A stretch of DNA of 64,000 bases from Lama guanicoe (Eukaryota): positions 3,950,303 to 4,014,302 of the forward strand of contig MU053513.1 in NCBI GenBank assembly GCA_013239625.1. Reading direction: 5' to 3'. Shown piece after piece: positions 52,501-64,000 of this stretch. A program made the translations under genes and the position numbers. Each line of letters starts with the position of its first letter. Within the stretch, counting starts at the first letter, position 1. The notes below the pieces were generated by a model, which was given only the letters and a program-made list of their open reading frames with translations, made no database searches and was not told where the DNA came from.

Positions 52501-53062
52501 TTCTTTACAAGTTAGAAATACATTTACCATACTATGCAGTCATTATATTCCTAGGTATCTCCCCAAGAGAAATGAAAACATATATCCATAGAGAGGCTTT
52601 TAAGTAAATATTTGTAAAGCTTTGTTTGTAATCACCAAAAACTAAAATCAGCCCAAATGTCCATCAGAAAATGAATGGATAAACAAACAGTGGTACAGCC
52701 ATATATTAGAGTACTTACTACTCGGCAGTAAAAAGGAATGAACTGTTGATAGCTGCAACAACGTGAATCAATCCCAAAATGTGCTGAGGGAAAGAAGTTA
52801 GACCAAAAAGTACATATTGTATGATTCCATTTAAATAAAACTGAAGAGAAAAATCTATAATGACAGAAAGCAGATCAGTGCTTTCTTGGAAAGTGATGAA
52901 CAGAGAGATTACAGTGATGCACCAGGAAGCTTTTGAGGTGATGAGTATGTTCAGTAATTTAATTGTGATGACGGTTTTACATATACATATGTCACAATTT
53001 ATCAAATTGTACCTTTAAATGTGTACAGTGTATTGTATGCAACTATACATTAAAGCTGTTCA
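49570..53062 (+). mobile_element. Old L1 composite (ORF2 fragments and 3'UTR)
   Basis: ORF2-like peptides NENKYTTYQNLCDAGKVVLRRGFI and KGLIFRIYKELLQLNSKK. The endonuclease region appears twice, implying at least two elements. Confidence 0.85.
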
Positions 53063-55454
53063 AATATATGTGTGTAGATGTGTGTGTGTGTGTTTGTGTG
53101 TGTGTATCACCTGTTGCCTGTGTGTGTGTGTATCACAGAAATTCATTTTGGGCAACCCTGGAAACTACCTCAAAGAAACAGGCAATTATCCTGTTGAGCA
53201 GCAATAGATGTTCATTTACAATCCTGTTATTTCTCACATGGACTAGTCTATATGGGTACCCCAAGGAGAGGAGCAACGTGAGCATATTTATTTAACAATG
53301 ATTTATGATTTTTAAGCAGTACCTATAAGTTAGCTAGTGTGAAATAATAGATATTTACTGATGAGTCTTACTGGTCAGCTTTAAGGACATTACTCTTGTC
53401 AAGCGACCATCCATAATCACTTTTTCATAACGTATTATTTCTGAGAGGGAAAGTCTTTAAGAGAGGGAAAATGTGGAGAATAGAAACAACCCCCTTGCTT
53501 CTCTCTCTGTTTATCATACTTACCTAAAAAAGAAAACCCAATTCTGATTAAATCCAACTGTCTACCTCATCATTTCCTGTATTGGAGCAGCTGAATGATG
53601 CTAGGGAAAATTGTACAACCATGCCCATTGATTTCCTTTTGAATTTACGTCCAGAAATTTGAAATGGGTATTCACTAGTGCCAACAATAAAAGAGTGCCT
53701 TGGTAAATGCACTTCCCTGCTTTTCACAGTGATCATTTTATATCTTGTCCTCTTTTGTTCTCAAACCTTCTACTCCTACCTCTCTGACCTAATGATTTTA
53801 CTTAAGAATTCACTGAGAATGTAGAAATAGTCAGAACAGAACTTCTATTTTTCTCTTACCACCAAGTCTACAGATCCACCAGTTAATGTATCGTGCACTC
53901 TGCCTTTCCTTCTTTCACAACCGTCCGTACACCCATTTATGGAACCCCTCCTTTTTGTATAAGGCATTCATTTCTTCTTTCCTCACATTTAGATGTGGGG
54001 GTGCCCCAGAGTTCAGTCTTTGACTATTTTCGCCATCTACAATTTTAACCTACACCTTTTCTCTGGATGAGCTCATTTAGGTCTATGGTTTTAAGTACTA
54101 TCGATATGCTATTGACTCAAAAATGTTATCTCCAATCCTGGCCTGTGCCTTAAATTCAACTACATTTCACCTTCATTGCCACCACTTCACATACTGAAGC
54201 CACCTTCACATATTGCCTGGACTATTACACTAGCTTTCTGCTTCCATTTTTGCTATTCCGTTTCATTCATTCTTTGTACAGTAGCCAAAATGGTATTTTT
54301 AAAGCCAAAATAAGATTATATTGGTTCGCTATTTGAAAACTATACAATGGTTTGTACTGCCTGCCATTAGAATAAAATCCTAATTCCTGACTATGACCTA
54401 AAACAGGGGTCAACAAACTACAGCTTTATAGATCAAAACCAGCTTGCCATCTGCCTTTTGTAAGTAAAGTTTTGTTTTGTTTTGTTTTGTTTTGTTTGAA
54501 CATAGCCATGGCCATTTGTTTACTTGTTTATGGTTGGTTTACTACTCTAAGGGGAGAATTGAATAGTTATAACAGAGAGTGTGTCTTGCAAAGCCTAAAA
54601 TATTTACTATCTGGCCCATTAAGAAAATATTTGCCAACCCCAATTTATGACATCTTTAGGGGATGGAGAGAAAAAGAAAGGAAAAAAGAAAACAATAGTT
54701 TAAAAAAAGTGATGAGATTACTTGAGGTCCAAGTTAAGGAATTTTGAGCGTCTTTGGCTCCATTGGTGACTTTTTAGGTCTGCTAAGGGGTTTGCCAGTC
54801 ATGACTTTTTCAACAAATTTGCTGATAGAATTTCTAAGTTCATGCCTTTTGCCAAGAACTCTGCCGATAGAGTAGATGCATTCTTGAAAAATTGCATGTG
54901 TAGATGTAATTAGAACACAATTTATGTCTCAGGACGAAAATGTTTTCCATAAAAATATTTTTCCAATTTTTAAATATAACTGAGAAAATGCTTTGCTATT
55001 CAGTATTTTGCATTTAAAACAATTTCTCAGGAACACCATCTGCTCTTGAATAGGCAAACACCAAGTTGATCTTTCCTCCTGGAATCTGTTCTGGTGATTT
55101 CAGGCCAAGAAATGCCTGTCAGGCTATTTAAAATCCCTCTTGCTGCATAGTTGATGCTTCTTATAGATGCTTTGACTCACAGAGTCGAGAAAGGTATTTA
55201 AAGTGAGGGTGTGCATAAAGAAAGAGGAAGAAACTGACACAGGATTTCCCTAGCAATAGAGAGCATTACTTTCTTCTCATAGTATTTTAAGGGGCTAAAC
55301 ACCCAGAATTATGTTGCTGTGTTTCTAAATTTTATTATACTGCCACATTACCAACTCCCTAATATTGATTACCAAATATATACTGCCAAAATCTTGAATC
55401 TGAACAGGGTATGGTAGATAGGAAGCACATGAACATATTTGTTTGTTTTTCAGG

Positions 55455-55911
55455 GTTGTTTTTTTTTTAAGTATAGTTGATTTACAGTGTTGTGTTTGTT
55501 TCAGGTATACAGCAAAGGGTTTCAGTTATTTCTCTCTATATATGTATTCTTTTTTCAGATTTTTTTCCATTATAGATTATTACGAGATATTGAATATAGT
55601 TCCCTGGGCTATACAGCAGGTCCTTGTTGTTTACCTATTTTATATACAGTAATTCATATCTGCTAATCTCAAACTCCTAATTTATCCCTTCCCTCCCTTC
55701 CCCCTTTAGTAACAATAGTTCGTTTTCTGTTTGTGAGTCTATTTCTGGCTTGTAAATAAGTTTGTGTCACTGTTTAAAAAATTCCACATATAAGTGATAT
55801 ATATTTGTCTTTCTCTGTCTGACTTACTTCACTATGTATGATAATCTCTGGGTCCATACAAGTTGCTACAAATGGCATTATTTCATTCTTTTTTATGGCT
55901 GAGTAATATTC

Positions 55912-55955
<44 letters not shown>

Positions 55956-56850
55956 ACACATATATTTTGTATCTTCTTTATCTATAATCTTCTTTATCCA
56001 TTCATCTGTTGATGGATATTTAGGTTGCTTCCATGTCTTAGCTATTGTAAATAGTGCTGATGTGAACATTGGGGTGCATGTGTCTTTTTGATTTAGAGTT
56101 TTCTCCAGATATATGCCCAGGATTGGGATTGCTGGATCATATTGTAACTCTATTTTTAGTTTTTTAAGGAACTTCCATACTGTTCTCCATAGTGGCTGCA
56201 CCAATTTACATGCCCACCAATAGTGCAGGAAGGTTCCTTTTTCTCCTCACTCTCTCCAGTGTTTATTATTTATAGACTTTTTAATGGTGGTCATTTTGAC
56301 TGATATGATAAGAAATATACAACATTTATCATCTTAACCATTTTTAAGTATACAGTTTAGTAGCTAAGTATATTTACTTTGTTGTGAAGCAGATCTCTAG
56401 AACTCTTTCATTTTGCAAACCCGAAATTCTATACTCATTCAATAATTCCTTTTTCCCCTTCTGCCTGCCTCTTGTAACCACCATTCAATTTTCCATTTCT
56501 TTGAATTGGACTACTTTAGATACTTCATATAAATGGAGTAGCACATCATTTGTTTTATTTGTGATTGGCTTATTTCGCTTAGCACAATGCCTTCTGTATT
56601 TATCTATGTTGTAGCATATGGCAGGATTCCCTCCTTTTAAAGCTGAATAATATTCCACTGTATGTATGTGCCACATTTTATTTATCCATTCATTGACATT
56701 TGGGTTGCTTCCATGTCTTGACTATTGTGAACAGTGCAGTTATGAACATAGGTGTTCAAATATTCTTTTGAGACTGCTTTCAATTCTTTTGGACATATAC
56801 CCAGAAGTGGGATTGGTGGATCATATGGTAATTCTATTTTTAATTTTAAC
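55455..56850 (-). mobile_element. Two tandem antisense L1 3' fragments (about 55455-56305 and 56310-56850)
   Basis: [31 protein letters not shown] and WHIHTVEYYSALK; (TG)n at 55914-55953. Confidence 0.9.
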
Positions 56851-58569
56851 AAAAAGTTTTATTTAGTATAATCTAACTTAATAGATTGGAAATTTGTTTT
56901 TACATTTGTATGCCTTGCTATCCAGTGTAGTTCAATGAAGACTATGAAAAATAGAGAAGATAGAAATAGTTTTATGGTAAGTAGGAGAATGAGGTCACAA
57001 CAGGAGCTTAGTAAGAGCATACTAAAAGTGCTAATTAGAGTTGAAACCCCAGTTTAGATTGGTGATCAGAAATTTATGATGATAGTAATATAAGGTGGAT
57101 ACTGTTATTACAATTTCTACCACTGCTGCTACCACTACCACTACTATGACACTATGATATAGATGGACCTTCAAATGGATAGCTGGACATTTTACAGCAG
57201 GCAAGGAGTCTGTACTGGTATGAACCGTCCAATGTTGAGTTCCTAATCTGAGACACTTTCTCTGGAATGTGCTTTCCACTGTTCATTTGTAAAGAACAAC
57301 ATGGCCCCAGAAGGGACCTGCCGAGAACATCGAATAGAAATTAGCAGTTAGGGAGGCAGCCAGGACTTCAGGCCCTGAGGTCACCGTCATGTGGATCTTT
57401 TTAAGTGACTTTCTTTAAGTTCAAAGTCATTAAAGTAATTCCTCAGCAGGGGCTCCACTCATCAAGCTTTGTTTTGCAGGGGTAATTACCATCAACACTA
57501 ATGGGAATTCTGTATTTGACTCAAAAAGTAAGCACCATGCTAGCTCCTGAAACGGACTACAAGAGTTACCGATCTGCATCTAAATGTTTTCCAAGGTTTT
57601 CAAAGGAGAGAGAATTCAGTGGGTATTAAGAGAACACTTAAATAAATTCTTCCTTTGCTTCTACAGTTATTTATATTTTTTCTGGAATTTAAGAATGCAT
57701 AAAAATGTAAGATGCTGTTTACTGAGAACAGAACAACCATCATACGTGCTTATTATGTGTGAGGCAGTATGCTTAGTATTTTACTTCACATTTTACTTAC
57801 TTTTTCCCCACAGCAGCCTTTGAAGGGTTAGCCTCTTTTCACAGGTGTGGAAATTGAGAGTAGAGAGGATCAGTAGTTTTCCAACACTTAGCACAGGTTC
57901 TCAACCCTGAGCTGAGTGCTGTGGGAGTACACACGGAGAAGACTCCTTTTAGAGTCTCATCTGAGAAAATAAAACCAGGTCTGTTACCAGAGAAGAAGAA
58001 AGCTATGATATTATATACCGCAGTGCAGGCCCAACCCTACTTCTCAGGGTCCCTTCTAGAATAATAATATATCTGATACTAATGTCAGCATGTTCAACGG
58101 CATTGTCCAAAATCGTCATTTTCAGAGCCTGGAGTGAGAGTATACACAGCGGCCCAGATGCCATATATTCAGATATTTAAGTCAATCTCTCAAACTGTTG
58201 AATGAAACATGCACTGTCTTCTGGATAAATATACTTTTATAATGACCTATAAGGCTGACATTAAATTTAAAATTCTAACCCTTCAGAGTTCCATGCCAGA
58301 GTGTGGCCAAGTGGAGAAAGCCACTAGCCTATGTCCTGTCCCCATCTCTTCCCACCCCTGGCTCTGTCCCACTCTGCAAGGGGCCCAGCCTTTACGGCCA
58401 GGGAGGGCCATGTCACAGCCCCCTGAAGTATGGACACAGTGAATGGACCTAACCGCTCAACTTGACTCTTGGCTTTAGAGAGAAATTAGAATAACAACAG
58501 AGAAGTTCAAAATTTTCTGGGTTTCCCAGTCTCTGGGATTTTCTTCCCAATGGCTTTTTTTTTTCTTTT

Positions 58570-59230
58570 CATGTAGCCTTTAACCATCTCAGTAAGTGAT
58601 GTCACTCTCCTTACAGCTGCCCTGGCTGAAAACCTTGGAGTCATCCTTGATTTCACTCATAAGTCACACCCAGTCCCCCAGAGTAAATCCTGTCAGCCCT
58701 GTCTACAGAAGTTATCCAGAATTTGACCACTCCTCAACACTTCCAGTGTTATTACCCTGGCCCAAGTCACCGTGCTCTCTCTCCAGGATTAACTAGTTTC
58801 TGTGTTTCCTGCCTTCACCCAGTCTGTTTGCAACACAGCAGACAGAAGGACTTTGGCACTGGCCAATCTCTCTGCCTAGAATGCTCTTACACCAATGTTG
58901 AATGGCTTGCTACCACACCTCCTTCTTTCAAATACCATTTTCTCGGTGAGGCCCTCTCTGCTTGCCCCACCTAAAACTGCCACTGTCCTGACTTTCCATA
59001 ACCTCCTTCCCTTCTTTTCTATTTTTCTCCTTGCACTTATCACCTCTGACATATGTGTATTTCATTTACTTTGATTTTTTATTTTCTGTCTCCCTCCACT
59101 ATAATACAAGCTCATAAGAGCAGGAATTTTTGTCTATTATACTTACTGCTATGTCTCTAGAAAGGTGCTTGGTGTACAGAAGTCATTAAATGCATTTTTA
59201 TGAATGAATGAATGAATGAATGAATGAATA
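58570..59230 (+). mobile_element. L2 3' fragment with (GAAT)n tail
   Basis: aaaccttggagtcatccttga ... tgaatgaatgaatgaa. Confidence 0.75.
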
Positions 59231-60888
59231 TCAGTAGCAGTATAAGCTATAAGTGAGTAGCCATCTCTTGTTTCACTGACTATGATAAATATATATGCGT
59301 GTATACACACACACACACGTGTATATACATATGTATATGTACATATGTGTATATATACCAGAATAGTAATGCAGGAGGCAAAAATCAGAGTAGTTTCTAA
59401 ATCTTATCTTGGCTCTATCCTGACACATACTAAATCCTGGAAAATAAGCTAATTGATGCTTGATGAGAAACTTCATGATACATCATTTTATGCGGTAAAT
59501 TTTTAGCAGTGATTGAATCATCCAGAACCCCTTCTTTGGTATCTGCCCCTAACCATCAGCCTTGCAGAAAGGCCAGGTATTAGCAGCATTTGTATTATGA
59601 ATTTCAACTGCTCGGACCCAGGTGTTATAATTTGAATTGATTTAGCTGTGAGTTGTGGAAAATAGGACTAAGAGAGGCATAAACAAATTTGATGCACTCC
59701 TATCTCTCTCACATGTGCTCATTAAGTGTAGCAGTAGGCAGACTAGAACTTGTTTGGCAGATGCTAACAGAACAAGACTTCATCTAGTTCGTTTTTCCCC
59801 CATTCTTAAGATAGGCTTATACTTTATGGTACAGAATGGCTGCTTAAGCTCCAGCCATCAAGTTCACAGTTAGCAGAAAGGGTGGAAAACTCAGGGTGGT
59901 CTGGAATATCCTCTTGTCAAAAAGCAGGTCATATGTCCAATGATGTTGGAGGCATTGTTAACAATATAAAGCAGTTACATGGTGAGGGAGGGTTCCCACT
60001 GGTCAATTTGAGCAGCACAAGGAGAATAATCATTATGATTAATCAAAACAAATAGAATTGAAGATTAGGCATGCATTCGCAATGGTGACAAAATAAAAGC
60101 AAGTTAATAAAAATGTGGAAAAATTTAAAGAATAAAAGAAAGATGTTTATAATAGGTTTGTTTAGATTTTATTTTATAGAGTTGTTATTATGAGTTTTTA
60201 AAATTTTCTTTATATATATTTTCTTATTTCTTTCTTTCTAAACACATATTTGTATGTTATGTAGAAAGCATTCATTCCAAGAAGTGGGATAGCATATGGT
60301 TATGAAGGAGAACCCTGGAGCCAGAATATCTAAATTTGATCCATGCTTCATCATTTACAATTTTTTTCTGTGCCTATTTCCTCAGTTGCAAAATGAGAAT
60401 TGTACTGCCTAGTTCATTGGGTTGTTATGAATTTATATGGTTTAATACGCATCAAGCACTTGGCACTGTGCCTAGTACATACAAAAAAAAATACTATTTT
60501 TTAAAATCCATATATCTTACCTATACAGCTACCTGTGTACCTATGTCTAAAGCAAAGAAGAAAGGAAATATAGGTAGGTAGGTATATAGATGATAGACAG
60601 ACAGACAGACAGACAGATAAAAAATAGCAACAACCATTAGTTTGAATAGGATTTCTGTCACTGTCGATAGAAAATGTCCTGACTACTCTAATCATAAATT
60701 CCCCAGAGAAAACCTCGCAGTGCTGAGAAGAGTATCTGACATATAATATGTGGCTAATAAGCTGGTGCTGAAATGTAATAAATGGAAGAAACCAAAAGTT
60801 AAAATTAATGTTAAAGATTTGGAATATATTCTCAAATATTCCATATTCCATTAAAAATAGTTAGCTTTGTTCATCTTTAATGGATACT

Positions 60889-61396
60889 TGTAACAGACTG
60901 CTATATGTCTTCCCTGATATTCCTTCTTATAATTTTATAATTTATCAATCAAACTTTGAATCACACCAAAACATGCACCTATGGATCTCCATTTACCAGC
61001 TTTCTTTGTGGTTAGGTGTGGCCATGAGACTTACTTCTGGTCAGTAAAATCTAAATGAAAGTGTGATTCAGGATTCCTTAGAAGTCTCCTTAAAAGGGGG
61101 TGGGGCATGATATTCTTTTCTCTCTTCTTTCTTTCTGCTCCCTGGAATACAAATATGATGGCTAGACTTCAGGCAACCACTCCAGATGTTGAGGCAATGC
61201 CCTATAAATGGTAGAGTAGCAAGACAGAGGATGCAAAACATTGTGAAACTATCATACCATTCTTGGACTGCCTACCTATGTAATCTTTTTTTTTTTTTTT
61301 GCGTGAAAAAGATGTATGCTTCTATCTTGTTTAAGCCACTGTTATTTTTGGATTTTCCATTACAGTGTATTCAGTCAAATCCAATTCCAAATAACA
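60889..61396 (+). mobile_element. MLT1-like MaLR LTR
   Basis: ggttaggtgtggccatgagacttacttctggtcagtaaaat...tcttgtttaagccactgttattttgg. Confidence 0.65.
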
Positions 61397-64000
61397 AACA
61401 GCTATCCAGTTATTTAACATGTATTTGAAAATATATTGTGTACAAAACGCTGTACTAACTCACCATACAGTATAAAAAATTTCTTAATTTGTTGATCTCT
61501 ACCCTTCAAGATCTTATCATTTAATAAAGAATATAAGTATATACACAAATAATTACAACATAATGCAACTTGCATTAGTTTCACATATAATTCATATATT
61601 TTAATTTAAGTTTACTATAGATAATCCTGTATAAGTGGTTGCCCATAAGTACATGGCAAATGAGTTAAGAGTAACACAGCCAATTAGAAGCATACAGAAT
61701 ATTCAGGTGCTAATAAAGATGAGATTCATTGTCTTTCACACAATATGCTTTTTTTTCCCCTCTGAGCCATCTCAATGTCAATTACAGATGTTATGATAGG
61801 ACGGTATGGTCTTGGTAACATAAATGTATAAAATTATATTTCACATTTGACTGTAGCTTACATTGAATTTGGAATTAGGAAAACTGCACACATTTAAACC
61901 AAAACTTAGATTAGCATTTCAGGGTTCAGTGTTGTGTCTGTTTCATGGTAGGGTGAGGGCATGAGTTATGTATTCTGTATGAAATTACTCCTTACATTTG
62001 ACTTCATCTCATCACAATCAGTGTATATGAAAGGATTGAAAGGGAAATGATAAAGGAATACAAATTACATTGAAAACATACTCATCAGAGTTTTCAAGAG
62101 ATGTATGTAATTAATAAAAGTTCAGAATACACTTTCACTAATAAAATATGACTTATGGATTTATGCCAAAACAAAATATGTAAGTGATACAGCATGTTGC
62201 TTACTTCGGTTTAAAAGTCCATTTAAGAATGTTTTTATAGAAATACAAATGGATGTATTTTTCTGGATCTATCTCAGGGCTAGAAAGGGGTGAATATGAG
62301 CATACTAAGATGTGCAAGAACAGAGTGCTTGCTTGCCATCATTATGAATTCATGTTCATGTACCTGAATAAATCATTTGAAAATTTACTTCAGGGTGGAT
62401 CAAGTATTTGGCCATTCAGCTGTATAGCTGACTTAGGGGAATGCTGTCTCTAAGAGAAACAAGATTTTATTTCCATATCCCGTCAGTGAAATTTAGATTA
62501 TAAAGAACTATTTCAAGCCATACTACCTTTGCCTAAGCCAAAAGTGCCCATTTTATTTTCATGGTTCATAACACCTTGCATAGTTTTGTTGTTTAACTTC
62601 GAAGTACCATTCTCAGCCTTTTAGTGTGCCTAAAAGGCAATGTTTTCAGGCCCAGAAATGTCTCTTTTCCTTGTTCTATACACAGAAGAACTCAATGAGT
62701 GTTAATGATTAAGCGTTTGTGTTGTGGGCTTTGTGGTAAAATTTCATTGCCAAAGAAATACTCCTTAGAAAGGCAGCCTGGCGATGGAGTGGAAAAACAT
62801 GGACTTTGAAGTAAAAACCAAAAATGAACAAACAAACAAAACCCCGGGCCTGGGTTCAGTCTATTCTTTATAACTGTGTGAACTTAGATGAGTTATTAAG
62901 CTTCTCTGAGTCTTACTTTACTCTGTCATGAGGAAATATTATGCAGAGGTTAAAATGGCAGACATTGAAATCCAACTGCCTGGATTTTAATCCTTAGTGG
63001 TGGTATAATTTTGGGCAAATTTCTTAAACTCTCTTAGCCAAATGCTTCATGTGTAAAATGAGTATAATAATAGTACTTGTTTCAGTGAGTAGTTTAATAC
63101 ATGAAACGTATTTAGAACACTGCTTTGTCATACAGTAATTTTTAGAATAGGATAACTAATATTATCTCTAAATAATCACTTCTTCCTGATTATTTCTATT
63201 GCTGTCTATAAAATGGAGACAGTCATATGCACTTTACGGAGGATTGAGTTAAATAACACATATAAGCAACCCCAAATGGGGAAGAGAGAATCCCCGTAAG
63301 AATCAACTTGATCTATAAAATACTTCACAAGCATTTTGTAAAGAGTAACTGAGAATATACACTAAAAGCCCAGCACAGAGAGTAGATCCTCAATAAATGT
63401 TAGTGCTAATATGGAAATGTCTTCTTCTTCCACAGACTTAACTATGGAAAGATACAAAAAAGAAATATTAGAAATGGATTCCCACTTGTTAGGAATAGTC
63501 TCATGGCTTCAATGTAATGACATTTTAAGGACCAGTCAGTTCTCATGTGTGTTAGCATTGGAGAAGACCACCCTGCTGTCACTTCAAACGTCTAAATAAT
63601 TACCTACCAACTAAAGAGTGAAACGGACCTCCCGTGCTTGTGAGTCTTCTAATTCTCCTTCATTCTTTGACGTCAGTGAAGGGCTTAAAGCGACTTCCCA
63701 CTGTGTTGTCCTTTCTGAGAAAGGCTGGCTTTCTTTGGAATGACCATCTTCCACGTGAAACTGCTGATGCTGCTTGCCTCAGAAGGAACCTCATCCCGTC
63801 CTTTGGACTAACAGCAACCAGAAACACATCACTCCCTGGTGTCCCACCAGTGCCCTTGAGATATCGTCACCATCCACCCGAGCAACAAATACCTCACCTG
63901 GCTTCTGCAAGCGTTTAACAGGGAAAACCACATTTGGGACGAAGAATGCTGAGTTATAAACTCTGGGGGTCAGATGGGGGTGCTGGAAGACTTCCAGACA

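Noticed and set aside
55893..56204. 103-aa ORF
   Set aside because: L1 ORF2 C-terminal remnant, not a host gene.
1..64000. Prokaryotic systems (CRISPR arrays, operons, defence islands)
   Set aside because: The sequence is mammalian (LINE/SINE/LTR content, CpG depletion), and I saw no regularly spaced repeat-spacer array.

Overview
This is AT-rich mammalian genomic DNA, most likely camelid, judged from two Vic-1-like tRNA-derived SINEs and artiodactyl-type L1 3' ends. I see no intact protein-coding gene; the ORF track is mostly noise, L1 debris or pieces of a pseudogene. The main signal is a large, heavily decayed, intron-containing pseudogene on the minus strand, running from about 33.6 kb to beyond position 1. 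Roughly 20 exon-like segments, many with residual AG/GT splice sites, translate through stops and frameshifts into about ten RGS-like (regulator of G-protein signalling) helical modules in colinear order, behind an RGSL1/RGS22-like N-terminus. This suggests a lost giant multi-RGS gene. The family call is by-eye motif matching and needs an HMM/tBLASTn check. The rest of the window is L1, L2, MIR, LTR and MER repeats, an unidentified 5'-truncated retrocopy at 29.6-30.5 kb, some unusual retrotransposition structures and a few candidate non-coding elements. Repeat subfamily names and most repeat boundaries are approximate.
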